In this document: positions 8,884 through 17,806 of the stretch, in pieces
Position numbering within the stretch: position 1 is the first letter of the stretch
Layout: each line of letters begins with the position of its first letter
DNA from: an uncultured Nitrososphaerota archaeon
Lineage (GTDB): Archaea > Thermoproteota > Nitrososphaeria > Nitrososphaerales > Gagatemarchaeaceae
Length of the DNA: 64,000 nt
Reading direction: 5' to 3'
Assembly: GCA_963703285.1 (NCBI GenBank)
Contig: OY969807.1
Coordinates: 1,792,001 to 1,856,000 of the forward strand
The notes under the pieces: generated by a model
What the model saw: the letters and a program-made list of their open reading frames with translations, nothing else
Told to the model about the DNA's origin: nothing
The model's database searches: none
Translations under genes and position numbers: made by a program

Positions 8884-11604
8884 TCACAGTGGCTGGAACG
8901 TCCTCGGCGGCTGCGTGAAGTCGAACGCCTCCGACATGTCGTTCGCAGCGGCGTCCCTCGTGCTCAGGGGCGCGAGGCCGTAGCGCGTCTCGATGAACTT
9001 CAAGATCGACGTGTGGTCGTTGACGACGCTGTCGACGAAGCCCTTCTTTGCATAGGGGGAGACGACCAGGCAGCCGACGCGGAAGCCGTACCCGTATTTG
9101 TCGACCTGCGGCGGCGGGACGTGGTCGAAGAATCCCCCGAAGCAGTCCCAGGTCACGAAGGCCGCGACAGAGTTCCAGTACCTGCTGCTTCCGAGGCCGT
9201 TCAGGATCTCCTCTGCGACGTAGTTCTCTCCAGTCTGTATGTCAGCCGGAGGGTGCTCGTCCGAAGCCGCCGCGCCTATCACCCACGACACCTGCGGCAG
9301 CGTCCCGTTCTGGATGTCGGTGACTATCTGCTGAGGGGGGACGAACTTGGCCTTGGCGCCTGGCGTCTTCTGAACGTACTCGAAGTTCTGGAACCACGTC
9401 GTGGTACTGTACACCTTCCAGGAGACGCCGGCGCCGTCGAGCTCCTCGAATATGGGCGGGAAGGTGATCGTGGCCGGGGGGTTGTCGTCTATGATGCCCC
9501 CGCACGTACCTGCGACGAGGGAGAGGTGGTTGGGGAGGCTCTCGCTCATCACGGAAGTGAAGTAGGAGTCGCAGAGGACGTACTGCTCCGCCGCGTTCCA
9601 GTAGTGGGGTATGTCGCCCGAGTCGTAATAGCCCATCGTCTCCTTGCTGCCCTCCGAGTAGATGAAGCCGTCCATGCTGCCGCCGTCGTAGTCCTTGTGC
9701 GCCGAGCTCCAGGTGTGGTTCATGTCGACCGGGGTGAGGTTCGTGTCGTGGAACGGCGCGACGCAGCTCTTTGACCCGGCCTTCGTCGGAAGGCAGTAGG
9801 TCTTCCCGCGGGTCCCGTTGCCGCCGGGGAACGTCCCGAAGTAGTTGTCGAAGGTGTGGTTCTCCTGAAAGACGACAACGATGTTCTCTATGGGAGACGT
9901 CGCACCGCCCGCGGCCAGGGAGAGGCGCTGGGCGGCGCCCGGTTTGAATATCGGGGCCTCCGACCTGGGTCTGGACCGCGCCGCCCCGCCCCCGATGAGG
10001 GCGAGCAGCTTCACCCCGTCGGGGCTCCCGAAACCGGTGCAGGCGTCCCAGCCTGGCCGCGCACTGTAGGCGCCGTTGCTACCTGAGACGATGTCGCGAC
10101 AGTCGCCCGCCGGGTCGAGGGGCTGGGAGTAGAGGAGAGGGTTCAGGTAGCCCGCCACCTTGCCGCCCGTGGCGCTCGCCTGCTGGTTGATCAAGCCGAC
10201 GAGACCGCTCCACAACGGAGCCACCGCGCTGGTGCCGCCCACGTGAATCTGCTTCCCGTCGGCGCGCACGACGTAGCCTGTATCGGGGTCGGCGTCCCCG
10301 GCCACATCCGGTACCCCGCGCCCGGTCCGCCCTCCCGGGTTTGCAGAGGGCGGGACGTTCACGCCGCTCTGCCAGGTGGGGAGGGGAAAGACGTCGCTCA
10401 CACCTCCGCCCGTGGCGCCCCCCGATGGGAGGTCGTTCCATACCACCTCGCTCGCGATGGCGGTGCCGCTCTTCGCTTCCTGCATCTTCGTCCCACCGCA
10501 GCCGAGCACGTACTGGGAGGAGGCGGGATAGTCCACGTGAGCGAGGCCGTCGCTCACACCGTCGGATGAGCCGTCGTCACCTGATGCGGCCAGCACCGTC
10601 ACGCCGAGCATCGCCGCCTCCTGGAACACCTGGTCGAGGGCCTGGATGCCCTGCTGCGTCCAGGTCGACTCGGCGTCGCCCCAGCTTATCGATATGACCG
10701 AGGGTCTGTGCAGAGTGTCATGGATGGCGGCGCTCACGGCGTCGACGAACCCCGCGTCGGTGTTCGGGGCGAAATAGACGTAGATCTGCGCCTTGGGAGC
10801 GACGCTACCGATGACCTCGATGTCGAGCATCACCTCCGTGTCGGGACCGTTGGGGTCCCCCGTCGGGGCGTTTAGCGCCCCATCAACCGAGATTGCGAGG
10901 ACGCTCGGCGCCGTGATCCCGAGCTTCGAGAAGTAGGTCTGGAGGTCGCTGGCGACATACCCTCCTCCGAGCTCGACGACGGCTATCGACTGTCCGCTCC
11001 CATCCAGGTTCGAGGGGAAGCTGTAGAGGCCTGCGACCTTCGGAGGAGTATACGCCGTCCCCCCGGGGGCCTGCCTGATTCGCACGTGGGACCGCCCCTG
11101 CGGCCGGTTGTCCAGACCCAGGACGGCCAGCACCAGGGGGGCGACGTCGGCTGGCAGGTATATCGGCCCCGTCCGTCCACGGAAGACCCCCTTCGGGTGT
11201 CGGTAGCGCTCCAGCTTGACGCCGAAGGCCCTTCCCAACTGCGCCAGCGTCCCCGACAGGACGACGGACCGCCTCGCGGCGCTCTCTTCCACCATCACCA
11301 ATCCATATTCGCGCGCGAATGACTCCACCTTCGCGAGGTCTTCTTGAGTGGCCCCGTGCTGCACCGCGAACTCCCCGCGCGTCGGATAGTTGCGGTCTCT
11401 GGGGAGGCGGATGCTCATCTCCTCCAGCGCCGCCGCCCTCGCGCGCGAGGACGAGGAGCGGGGTCGAAGTACCACCGTCACCCGCGCAATCTCGTCGGGG
11501 TCAATCTTGCCCGAGACTCGCGCTCCAGGGAGGGGCGCACGATCGCTTCCAGCAAGGGGTGTTCTCTGTCCGTGTGGAGCCATGCGTTCCCGGATTGCTC
11601 TCAT
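8884..11604 (-). CDS. S53 (kumamolisin/sedolisin) peptidase fused to a phosphoesterase/phospholipase C domain
   Basis: Pro-domain; EVMLD (Glu/Asp), SGDDG, GGTSA (Ser) and GWDACTGFGSP; then IVVVFQENHTFDNYFG, DEHP, DHVPPP and DHTSILKFIE. Confidence 0.9.
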   Translation of the reverse strand: MRAIRERMAPHGQRTPLAGSDRAPLPGARVSGKIDPDEIARVTVVLRPRSSSSRARAAALEEMSIRLPRDRNYPTRGEFAVQHGATQEDLAKVESFAREYGLVMVEESAARRSVVLSGTLAQLGRAFGVKLERYRHPKGVFRGRTGPIYLPADVAPLVLAVLGLDNRPQGRSHVRIRQAPGGTAYTPPKVAGLYSFPSNLDGSGQSIAVVELGGGYVASDLQTYFSKLGITAPSVLAISVDGALNAPTGDPNGPDTEVMLDIEVIGSVAPKAQIYVYFAPNTDAGFVDAVSAAIHDTLHRPSVISISWGDAESTWTQQGIQALDQVFQEAAMLGVTVLAASGDDGSSDGVSDGLAHVDYPASSQYVLGCGGTKMQEAKSGTAIASEVVWNDLPSGGATGGGVSDVFPLPTWQSGVNVPPSANPGGRTGRGVPDVAGDADPDTGYVVRADGKQIHVGGTSAVAPLWSGLVGLINQQASATGGKVAGYLNPLLYSQPLDPAGDCRDIVSGSNGAYSARPGWDACTGFGSPDGVKLLALIGGGAARSRPRSEAPIFKPGAAQRLSLAAGGATSPIENIVVVFQENHTFDNYFGTFPGGNGTRGKTYCLPTKAGSKSCVAPFHDTNLTPVDMNHTWSSAHKDYDGGSMDGFIYSEGSKETMGYYDSGDIPHYWNAAEQYVLCDSYFTSVMSESLPNHLSLVAGTCGGIIDDNPPATITFPPIFEELDGAGVSWKVYSTTTWFQNFEYVQKTPGAKAKFVPPQQIVTDIQNGTLPQVSWVIGAAASDEHPPADIQTGENYVAEEILNGLGSSRYWNSVAAFVTWDCFGGFFDHVPPPQVDKYGYGFRVGCLVVSPYAKKGFVDSVVNDHTSILKFIETRYGLAPLSTRDAAANDMSEAFDFTQPPRTFQPL

Positions 11605-11685
11605 ACGTTATGAAGGTGTCCCCCTTACTTCCCCACTCTAGCCAAGTGCTTCAAGGGACGCGCCCACGTTCAACAAGATTGAGGG

Positions 11686-11731
11686 GCGATTCTCTAGAGA
11701 TTATGGAATAATCTCGGAAATTCACTAAATA
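11686..11731 (+). promoter_or_regulatory. putative operator/promoter, copy 1 (palindrome GAGATTAT-gga-ATAATCTC)
   Basis: Perfect 8-bp inverted repeat plus TAAATA; 40/46 identical to 17807-17852. Confidence 0.7.
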
Positions 11732-11753
11732 GATTCCAACCGAACTCGGTGAC

Positions 11754-11996
11754 ATGTCGAGGAAGCACTCCAGCAAATTCTTCAGGGCCTACATAATCGC
11801 ACCAGCGACGTCCGGGCAGCAACCCTCAAACCAGCCTCCAAGACTCGTCCGAGAACCGGAAGGTCCGAGACCAATCACTACGCCCATAGAAGGGCCAGGG
11901 CAAGACCGGGGGAACGACCTGTCATTTGAGGTCTTGGAGCTTGCTCTCCCCGATGCCGAGCCGAGGCCCTCAGACCTAGAGGTCGAGACTCCGTGA
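11754..11996 (+). CDS. hypothetical Pro-rich small protein
   Basis: ATG ~23 nt after the TAAATA of the operator element; no family recognised. Confidence 0.4.
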   Translation: MSRKHSSKFFRAYIIAPATSGQQPSNQPPRLVREPEGPRPITTPIEGPGQDRGNDLSFEVLELALPDAEPRPSDLEVETP

Positions 11997-12178
11997 CGCC
12001 GTCCCCCCAAAGAGGAGGGGAAACGACCCGTGAAGAGAGTGCCGGCTCGGCGGGATAGGCTAGTCCTGGAATGGGATCCAAAGTGGACCGAGAACGTAGT
12101 CGTCGCGCCCTTACGGTTTCGGAATCGCGTCTTCACGTCCGACAGGATTATCGGTAGGGCTTTCATCCACCCCCGGCC

Positions 12179-12487
12179 TTGGACTCCTTCGAGCGGCTCC
12201 TGTGGTGGCTGTTCGCAGGGAGCGCGGGCGCTGCAACGAGGAAGCTGGTCATCTTCAGCATCAAGGAGGAGCCAAGGAACGCGCAGCAGCTCTCCATCGC
12301 GCTCAATCTCGATTATACGACCATCAGGCATCATCTCAAGGTGCTCGAATCGAACAGGCTCGTGCTCACCGAGGGTGACAAGTACGGAAAGGTGTACTTC
12401 ATCTCGGACTCCATGGAGGCCCACTGGGACAAGCTCCAAGAGATCGTTCAGAAGAATCGCCCCGCGAGGGGCGGAGGGAAGAGGTAG
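12179..12487 (+). CDS. winged-helix (ArsR-like) transcriptional regulator
   Basis: LLWWLFAGSAG..TR, PRNAQQLS..LNLDYTTIRHHLKVL and YGKVYF. Confidence 0.85.
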   Translation: MDSFERLLWWLFAGSAGAATRKLVIFSIKEEPRNAQQLSIALNLDYTTIRHHLKVLESNRLVLTEGDKYGKVYFISDSMEAHWDKLQEIVQKNRPARGGGKR

Positions 12488-12490
12488 CGC

Positions 12491-12950
12491 TTGACGACTT
12501 CAGAGGAACCGGTAAGGAAGGGGGGTAGAAGCTACCTCCAGAAGCTATGGGTGCCCGTCGTTCTGGTCATCGGCTTCGCCGCCGGCGAGGCGATGTCGTA
12601 CGGCACACAGGTACAGCAGCCGCAGGGCGGTTTCATGTTCGGCAACCACTTCCATCCCTTCCCCACCAACCCCGTCTTCGGCTACCACGTGCTCTTCTCG
12701 ACGATGGAGGTAGCGTTGCTCGTCGCGCTCGTGGTAATCTACGGGAGGATGTTCGTGGAGACCAAAGCCAACTTCGCGCTGGGGCTCATCTTCGTCCTCT
12801 TCGCCCTCCTCGTGGAGGCCCTTCTCTCGAATCCGATACTGGAGGACCTCATCGGCACGCCGCCCATCGGCCCGGGCTACCTGACCCCAGCCGCCGACAT
12901 ATTCACGATCTGCCGCGTACACAGTCTTCCTCTACCTCAGCCTGGACTGA
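12491..12950 (+). CDS. membrane protein; +1 frameshift near 12913
   Basis: Hydrophobic helices; removing one C gives the ending ...ICAYTVFLYLSLD* at 12950. Confidence 0.7.
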
Positions 12951-12951
12951 C

Positions 12952-13485
12952 CTAGTAGAAGACGGGCTCCTTCTTGGCCGCCTTCCCGCGTTCCCCGGGT
13001 GGTTTGTACTTCCAGTCCAGTATGCGGCCCACATCCCTCTCCGTCCTCGCGGGGATCAGCCGCGGGGGTTCGTCCCGCGTCCAGATCCCCTGAGAGTTTA
13101 TGATCAGCCCCTTGCTCCGCGCCTTGATGGTCATGCCGATGGTGTGACCCTTTGGACCTGTGGCCCACATCAGCGTCACGCCCCAGGAGTCCACGCTCGG
13201 GCAGATGAAGAGGTTGACCTGGACGCCCCTGTAGGCGAAGTTGGAGATGACCTCGCCAAAGGATACCACCTCTCCACCCATCTTCCCGACGCGCTCCTTG
13301 ACCGCCTCGCGCCACGAACCGAAGTCGCGTCCCTTCGGGACGACGGCGAAGTCGACGTCGTGGACCACTGGCTCGTTCCTCCGGAGGCTGCCGGCAATCT
13401 CGGCTCTCGAGTAGAGGTCCTTCGTGCGCTCGAGGAAGTCCTCCGCGACCTCCCGAGCGACCTTCGGGTCGAGGTCCTTCTTCAT
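12952..13485 (-). CDS. polX: minimal family X DNA polymerase (palm + C-terminal domain only, ASFV PolX-like)
   Basis: IAGSLRR, HDVD, QVNLF (third Asp position), ATGP, ARSKGLIINSQGI, TERDV..LDWKYKPPGER; 177 aa. Confidence 0.85.
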   Translation of the reverse strand: MKKDLDPKVAREVAEDFLERTKDLYSRAEIAGSLRRNEPVVHDVDFAVVPKGRDFGSWREAVKERVGKMGGEVVSFGEVISNFAYRGVQVNLFICPSVDSWGVTLMWATGPKGHTIGMTIKARSKGLIINSQGIWTRDEPPRLIPARTERDVGRILDWKYKPPGERGKAAKKEPVFY

Positions 13486-13501
13486 CTTGAAGCATCCGGC
13501 C

Positions 13502-14341
13502 CTATCTTATCTGGGAGAGGAGGCACTCCTGGGGTGTCTTGTCGTGCCTAATCCTCAGGATGAACGGCTCGCGCAGCTTCACGTCCTGGGTGACCTCCTG
13601 GAACCGCACCTCCACCACCGACCCGATTTTGACCTGTCTAGGATCCACGCTCTCGACGAAGGCCCCGACCTTCCCCAGGTCCACGCGCTCCCCGTTCTCC
13701 CCGTAGACGCCGACGTACCAGGACCTCGGCACCCCGGTCCGCTTCATCTCCTGCGTCTCCTCGTAGCCGACTATGAAGCAGTCGACCGTGTCGAACCGCT
13801 TCAGCTTGAGCCACGAGTTGGGCTGTCCGTACCTCGACGCCGGGTTCTTGACGATCAGACCCTCGCCGCCCTCCTTCACGACCTCCTCCATGAAGTCGAG
13901 TATCTCCTTCGAGCTCTTGGCGGTCCTGTATTCGACCTCCAAGTCCGTCCCCCTGAGGATCTCCCTCAGGATCTTCTTCCTCTCCGGGAGGAGCATCTCC
14001 CTGACGTCGCGGTCGTCCACCTGCAGTATGTCGAAGAGAAAGAGGCCCTCATCGGCCACGTACTCTCCGTCTAGGATCATCTGGTACGGGGCGTGGGTGA
14101 ACTCGGGGACGCGGGCGAAGACCTTCGGGCTGCTCTTCGGCGTGAACAGCATCCCGTGCTTGCTGGAGATCACCAGCTTCTCGCCGCTCTTGAAGAGGAA
14201 GATCCTGATCCCGTCCAGCTTCCGCTCGCAGATGGCGGGAAGTGGGTTCTTGAGCAGCCAGGTTGCCAGGTCGAGCTTGACGGCCTTGGCGTAGTTCTCG
14301 AGGACGAAGTTCTGGAGGACGTCGCTCAGGGCACTCGCCAG
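13502..14341 (-). CDS. lig: minimal ATP-dependent DNA ligase (~279 aa; start uncertain)
   Basis: Motif I ERKLDG lies upstream of the listed ORF in the same frame; III LDGE, IIIa FLFDIL, IV EGLIVK, V WLKLKR, OB fold, VI LREPFILRIRHDK. Confidence 0.9.
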   Translation of the reverse strand: MASALSDVLQNFVLENYAKAVKLDLATWLLKNPLPAICERKLDGIRIFLFKSGEKLVISSKHGMLFTPKSSPKVFARVPEFTHAPYQMILDGEYVADEGLFLFDILQVDDRDVREMLLPERKKILREILRGTDLEVEYRTAKSSKEILDFMEEVVKEGGEGLIVKNPASRYGQPNSWLKLKRFDTVDCFIVGYEETQEMKRTGVPRSWYVGVYGENGERVDLGKVGAFVESVDPRQVKIGSVVEVRFQEVTQDVKLREPFILRIRHDKTPQECLLSQIR

Positions 14342-14356
14342 GGCAAGGTTTCCAGC

Positions 14357-15202
14357 CTACTTCGCAATCGCGACCTTGGGCTTCTTCTTGCGGGCGACGG
14401 GCACCGCAGGGAGCTGCTCCGACTCGCGGTCCTCCTGTAGCGCCCAGGCGTCGTCTAGCAGGAGTATCCCCTCGCTGAGCCCCATCAGCAACCAGAGTCT
14501 GCCGTCCTTCCTCTCGTAGGGGTAGACCACGCTGGTGTAGAACTGGTATCCCCTCCCCCAGGAGAAGAAGGAGACGAGGGCGGTGTCCTTCTGGAGCAGG
14601 TAGCGGGCCAGCTGCTTTACCCTCGAGCCCGTCTCCTTCACCTTCTTGTCCGTGTCGGGGCCGAGCTGGTATACCTCCTTGAACTTGTACTCCGAGAGCC
14701 TCTCGAGGGGGACGAAGCCATCGGGCTCGACCTCGATCTTGGTGGTCCTGTCGAAGGGCTCGATCTCCTCCTCTCCCTGCTTGTCCACTATCTGGCCCAG
14801 CGGAACTTCCACCCACTTTCCGGACATCTCCAGTTCGTTCTTGAGGAAGTATCTCTTCTCCGTCTTCACCGTGATCTGGTACTTTCCGTCGTACCTCACG
14901 TGCTTCCTCGCCTCGTCCCTGGAGACCTCCTGCATCTCGAGGCGTTCGCCGTTGGGTCCCTCCTTGTACCTGTAGACCACAGGCACCTCCCGGCTTACGA
15001 CCTCCCTCCCCGACTTCGTGTCTATCTTCACGTAGCTCACGGGCTGGAGGTTGCCGTGCGCCTTGGCTGCCCTTAGGTGGTACTCGACCGCTCCCAGACC
15101 CAGCGTCGGCAGGTTCACGCTAAGAACCCCCCTCCACGAGGCCCTCGGACCCGCGGCGCTGTCGGCCTGCTTCTCTACCTCGGAGAAGATGTTCTTGGCC
15201 AT
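14357..15202 (-). CDS. ku: divergent Ku-like DNA end-binding protein
   Basis: Colinear matches to the prokaryotic Ku pattern: PRASWRG, VSYVKIDTKSG, EVPLGQIV, TTKIEV..FVPLERL..YKFKEVYQLGPD, QLARYLLQKDTALVSFF; basic tail; first gene before a ligase. Confidence 0.7.
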   Translation of the reverse strand: MAKNIFSEVEKQADSAAGPRASWRGVLSVNLPTLGLGAVEYHLRAAKAHGNLQPVSYVKIDTKSGREVVSREVPVVYRYKEGPNGERLEMQEVSRDEARKHVRYDGKYQITVKTEKRYFLKNELEMSGKWVEVPLGQIVDKQGEEEIEPFDRTTKIEVEPDGFVPLERLSEYKFKEVYQLGPDTDKKVKETGSRVKQLARYLLQKDTALVSFFSWGRGYQFYTSVVYPYERKDGRLWLLMGLSEGILLLDDAWALQEDRESEQLPAVPVARKKKPKVAIAK

Positions 15203-15387
15203 CTCGGATTCGTCAAGATAGGCATCAGCCCTTTATAATCGTGCTCGTATCTAGGAGGCTGAAGAAGCCACCACTAGAATACTCTGATGGGGCCCGGCGA
15301 CGCGGGCGCCGGGCGCGGTGGCCGAGGGTGGTCTATCTCCTCAACCCGTTCTCGATTTATAAGAGACCACGTGGCTCCATCCGCCCG

Positions 15388-15537
15388 TTGAGCAACTCCT
15401 ACAAGGAAGCCCGGAAGAAGGAGGAGAGCAAGGGTCACAATCATCCCGTGAGCCAGAAGTGCGGCCCCTACTGTCCGCGAAACGAGAAGTACAAGGGTCG
15501 TCAGAAGAAGATCGACCCGTTCCACAGGGACAAGTAG
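15388..15537 (+). CDS. small basic protein (49 aa) with HxH...CxxxC
   Basis: TTG ~27 nt after TTTATAA; MSNSYKEARKKEESKGHNHPVSQKCGPYCPRN... Confidence 0.5.
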   Translation: MSNSYKEARKKEESKGHNHPVSQKCGPYCPRNEKYKGRQKKIDPFHRDK

Positions 15538-15592
15538 CCACGCAGCGGTGCCGTCCCAAGCCCTGAGCCCCCGGCGCGACCTGGTCCCCCAC

Positions 15593-16342
15593 ATGACGAG
15601 CCCCCCCGAGAGGCGGTTCCACGTCCGCAGCGTGGTCTTCGACCTCTTCCACACCCTGGTCGACCCTGACGCGCACAGGCCGGAGGGTTTCGTCCGCGCC
15701 TACAAGATAGCCGAGGTCCTCGGTCTCGCCCGGCCAGAGGAGTTCGCGGACTGGTGGAGGGAGATGGAGGCGGAGAGACATGTCAACGGGTCCAAGAGGG
15801 TGGCGCTCTACGCAGACGAGTATCTCCTTCGGCACGTCGGCCGTCGATGCACTGCGGAACAGCTGGCGGAGACCGATCGCATCTGGGGTCAGATGCACGA
15901 CCAGGCTCTCCTGAACCCGGAGGTAGAGGTCCTGTCCACCCTCAGGAGGCTGCGCGAGAGGGGGGTGAGGCTCGGCCTGCTGTCCAACATCGACGAGAGG
16001 GAGGCGGCAAGCTGGCCGAAGTCCCCGCTCTCCTCACTCTTCGACGCGATCTGCCTCTCCTTCGAGATTGGTCACAGCAAACCCTCCAGAGAGGCCTACT
16101 CGATCGTACTCTCGAGGCTGGGAACCGACGCGCCGTCGTCAATCTACGTCGGTGACGGAAGCCACAGCGAGCTGAGGGGTGCGAAGGAGGCCGGGTTCGG
16201 CCTCGTGGTCTTCATGAAGGGCTTCATCTCGAGGAGCGGGACTCGCCGTCCCGAGACGATCAAGAAGCGGGAAGACGAATCAGACACCATCATTGCGAAC
16301 CTGAAAGAGCTCCCGGCGCTAATCGACGAGTTGGAGAGCTGA
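15593..16342 (+). CDS. HAD-superfamily hydrolase
   Basis: VVFDLFHTLVD, LLSN, KP and YVGDG..ELRGA. Confidence 0.9.
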   Translation: MTSPPERRFHVRSVVFDLFHTLVDPDAHRPEGFVRAYKIAEVLGLARPEEFADWWREMEAERHVNGSKRVALYADEYLLRHVGRRCTAEQLAETDRIWGQMHDQALLNPEVEVLSTLRRLRERGVRLGLLSNIDEREAASWPKSPLSSLFDAICLSFEIGHSKPSREAYSIVLSRLGTDAPSSIYVGDGSHSELRGAKEAGFGLVVFMKGFISRSGTRRPETIKKREDESDTIIANLKELPALIDELES

Positions 16343-16394
16343 CCTCGGCGAACCGTCGGAATCCTAATTATTCCTCCCCTCCGCGCCTGCCGGC

Positions 16395-17063
16395 ATGTCT
16401 CAGTACAAGTGGACGGCGGTCGACCGCTACATCGTAGACCTCTTCGTGCCCCCGGACCCGGCGCTGGATTCCATCCTGCGATCGAGCGCCGAGGCCTCCC
16501 TGCCCCGGATCCACGTCTCCCCGCCCCAGGGGAAGTTCCTGATGCTGCTCGCGATGATGCAGGGAGCCAGGAGGGTACTAGAGATCGGCACTCTGGGAGG
16601 ATACAGCTCGGTCTGGCTCGCACGGGCCCTGCCTCCGGACGGCCGCCTCGTCACGCTCGAGGTCGACCCCGACCATGCCGCGGTGGCGCGCGCAAACATC
16701 GCCCTAGCAGGGGTGGGGGGCCTCGTCGAGCTGCGTCTGGGGCCCGCCCTGGAGACGCTCCCGCAGCTCCTCGATGAGGGTCGGGGCCCGTTCGATCTCG
16801 TCTTCATCGACGCAGACAAGCCGAGCATCGCCGAGTACTTCAGCTGGGCGATGCGGCTGTCCCGCCCTGGCACCGTGATTATCGTCGACAACGTCGTGAG
16901 GGACGGGAAGGTGGTGAACGCGGCAAGCGAAGACGAGGACGTCCAGGGCGTCCGAAGGTTCAACGAGAAGCTCTCCTCCGACCCTCGCGTCGTCGCCGTC
17001 GAGATTCAGACCGTGGGGAGCAAGGGCTACGACGGGTTCGCCATAGCGCTGGTCAAAGGGTAG
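16395..17063 (+). CDS. O-methyltransferase (caffeoyl-CoA OMT-like)
   Basis: LEIGTLGGYS, FIDADK, VDNVVR and KGYDGF. Confidence 0.95.
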   Translation: MSQYKWTAVDRYIVDLFVPPDPALDSILRSSAEASLPRIHVSPPQGKFLMLLAMMQGARRVLEIGTLGGYSSVWLARALPPDGRLVTLEVDPDHAAVARANIALAGVGGLVELRLGPALETLPQLLDEGRGPFDLVFIDADKPSIAEYFSWAMRLSRPGTVIIVDNVVRDGKVVNAASEDEDVQGVRRFNEKLSSDPRVVAVEIQTVGSKGYDGFAIALVKG

Positions 17064-17154
17064 GATCTCCACGACGGGCAGACTGGGTCCTTGGGAGGCT
17101 CCGCGCTCCTTCAAAGCTTATCCCCTGTGGCAATGCGCCCTAGACTGACGCTAC

Positions 17155-17772
17155 TTGGCGAATTCCGACGGTTCCCTCTCGATGGCCGTCCTCTCTGAAC
17201 GCGGAAGGAGATCGTCGAACGAAGAGCTCAGGTCGATCCTCCTCAGACATGCGACCGACGACTCCCGCGGAGCCCTGCTCGACGTCGGGGGAGGGACGGG
17301 GCTGCTGGGCGAGTCTCTCTCGGACCTCTTCGCGCGCCTGTTGGTCCTCGAGCTAAATCCCGGGAAGCTGAGGTACGGGGCGAAGCGGAGGCGCGAAGTC
17401 TCGTTCATCTGCGGAAGCGCGCAGAACATCCCCCTCGCCGATGACAGCATCGGGACGGTGGTCTCCGTCGCCGCCTTCCACCACTTCCCCAACCAGGACG
17501 CAGCCCTGGAGGAGATGCGGCGTGTCCTGAGACACAACGGGAGGCTGCTGCTCGCCGAGATCGACATCTCGAAGGCCGGGGGTAAGGTGCTGCGCTTCAT
17601 CGAGAACAGGCTCATGCGCGGAGGCTCGAAGTTCCTGGCACAGGACCAGCTTCTGGAGAAGGTCGAGAGGCACGGATTCGCAGACGCCACCCTGGACAGA
17701 ACCTCGAGAGGCTACGTGATCATCGCAACCCGGGACTCTCCCGGAGGGAACGCACCTGCTACGGGCCGGTAG
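17155..17772 (+). CDS. class I SAM-dependent methyltransferase
   Basis: LDVGGGTG, AFHHF and EMRRVL..GRL. Confidence 0.85.
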   Translation: MANSDGSLSMAVLSERGRRSSNEELRSILLRHATDDSRGALLDVGGGTGLLGESLSDLFARLLVLELNPGKLRYGAKRRREVSFICGSAQNIPLADDSIGTVVSVAAFHHFPNQDAALEEMRRVLRHNGRLLLAEIDISKAGGKVLRFIENRLMRGGSKFLAQDQLLEKVERHGFADATLDRTSRGYVIIATRDSPGGNAPATGR

Positions 17773-17806
17773 ACCGTCCTTGCGCCGCTGCGAGACATCT
17801 AAGCGC

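Noticed and set aside
12952-15202. Ku-ligase-PolX as part of a provirus
   Set aside because: The minimal enzymes resemble viral ones in size, but no capsid, terminase, integrase or compositional shift flanks them.
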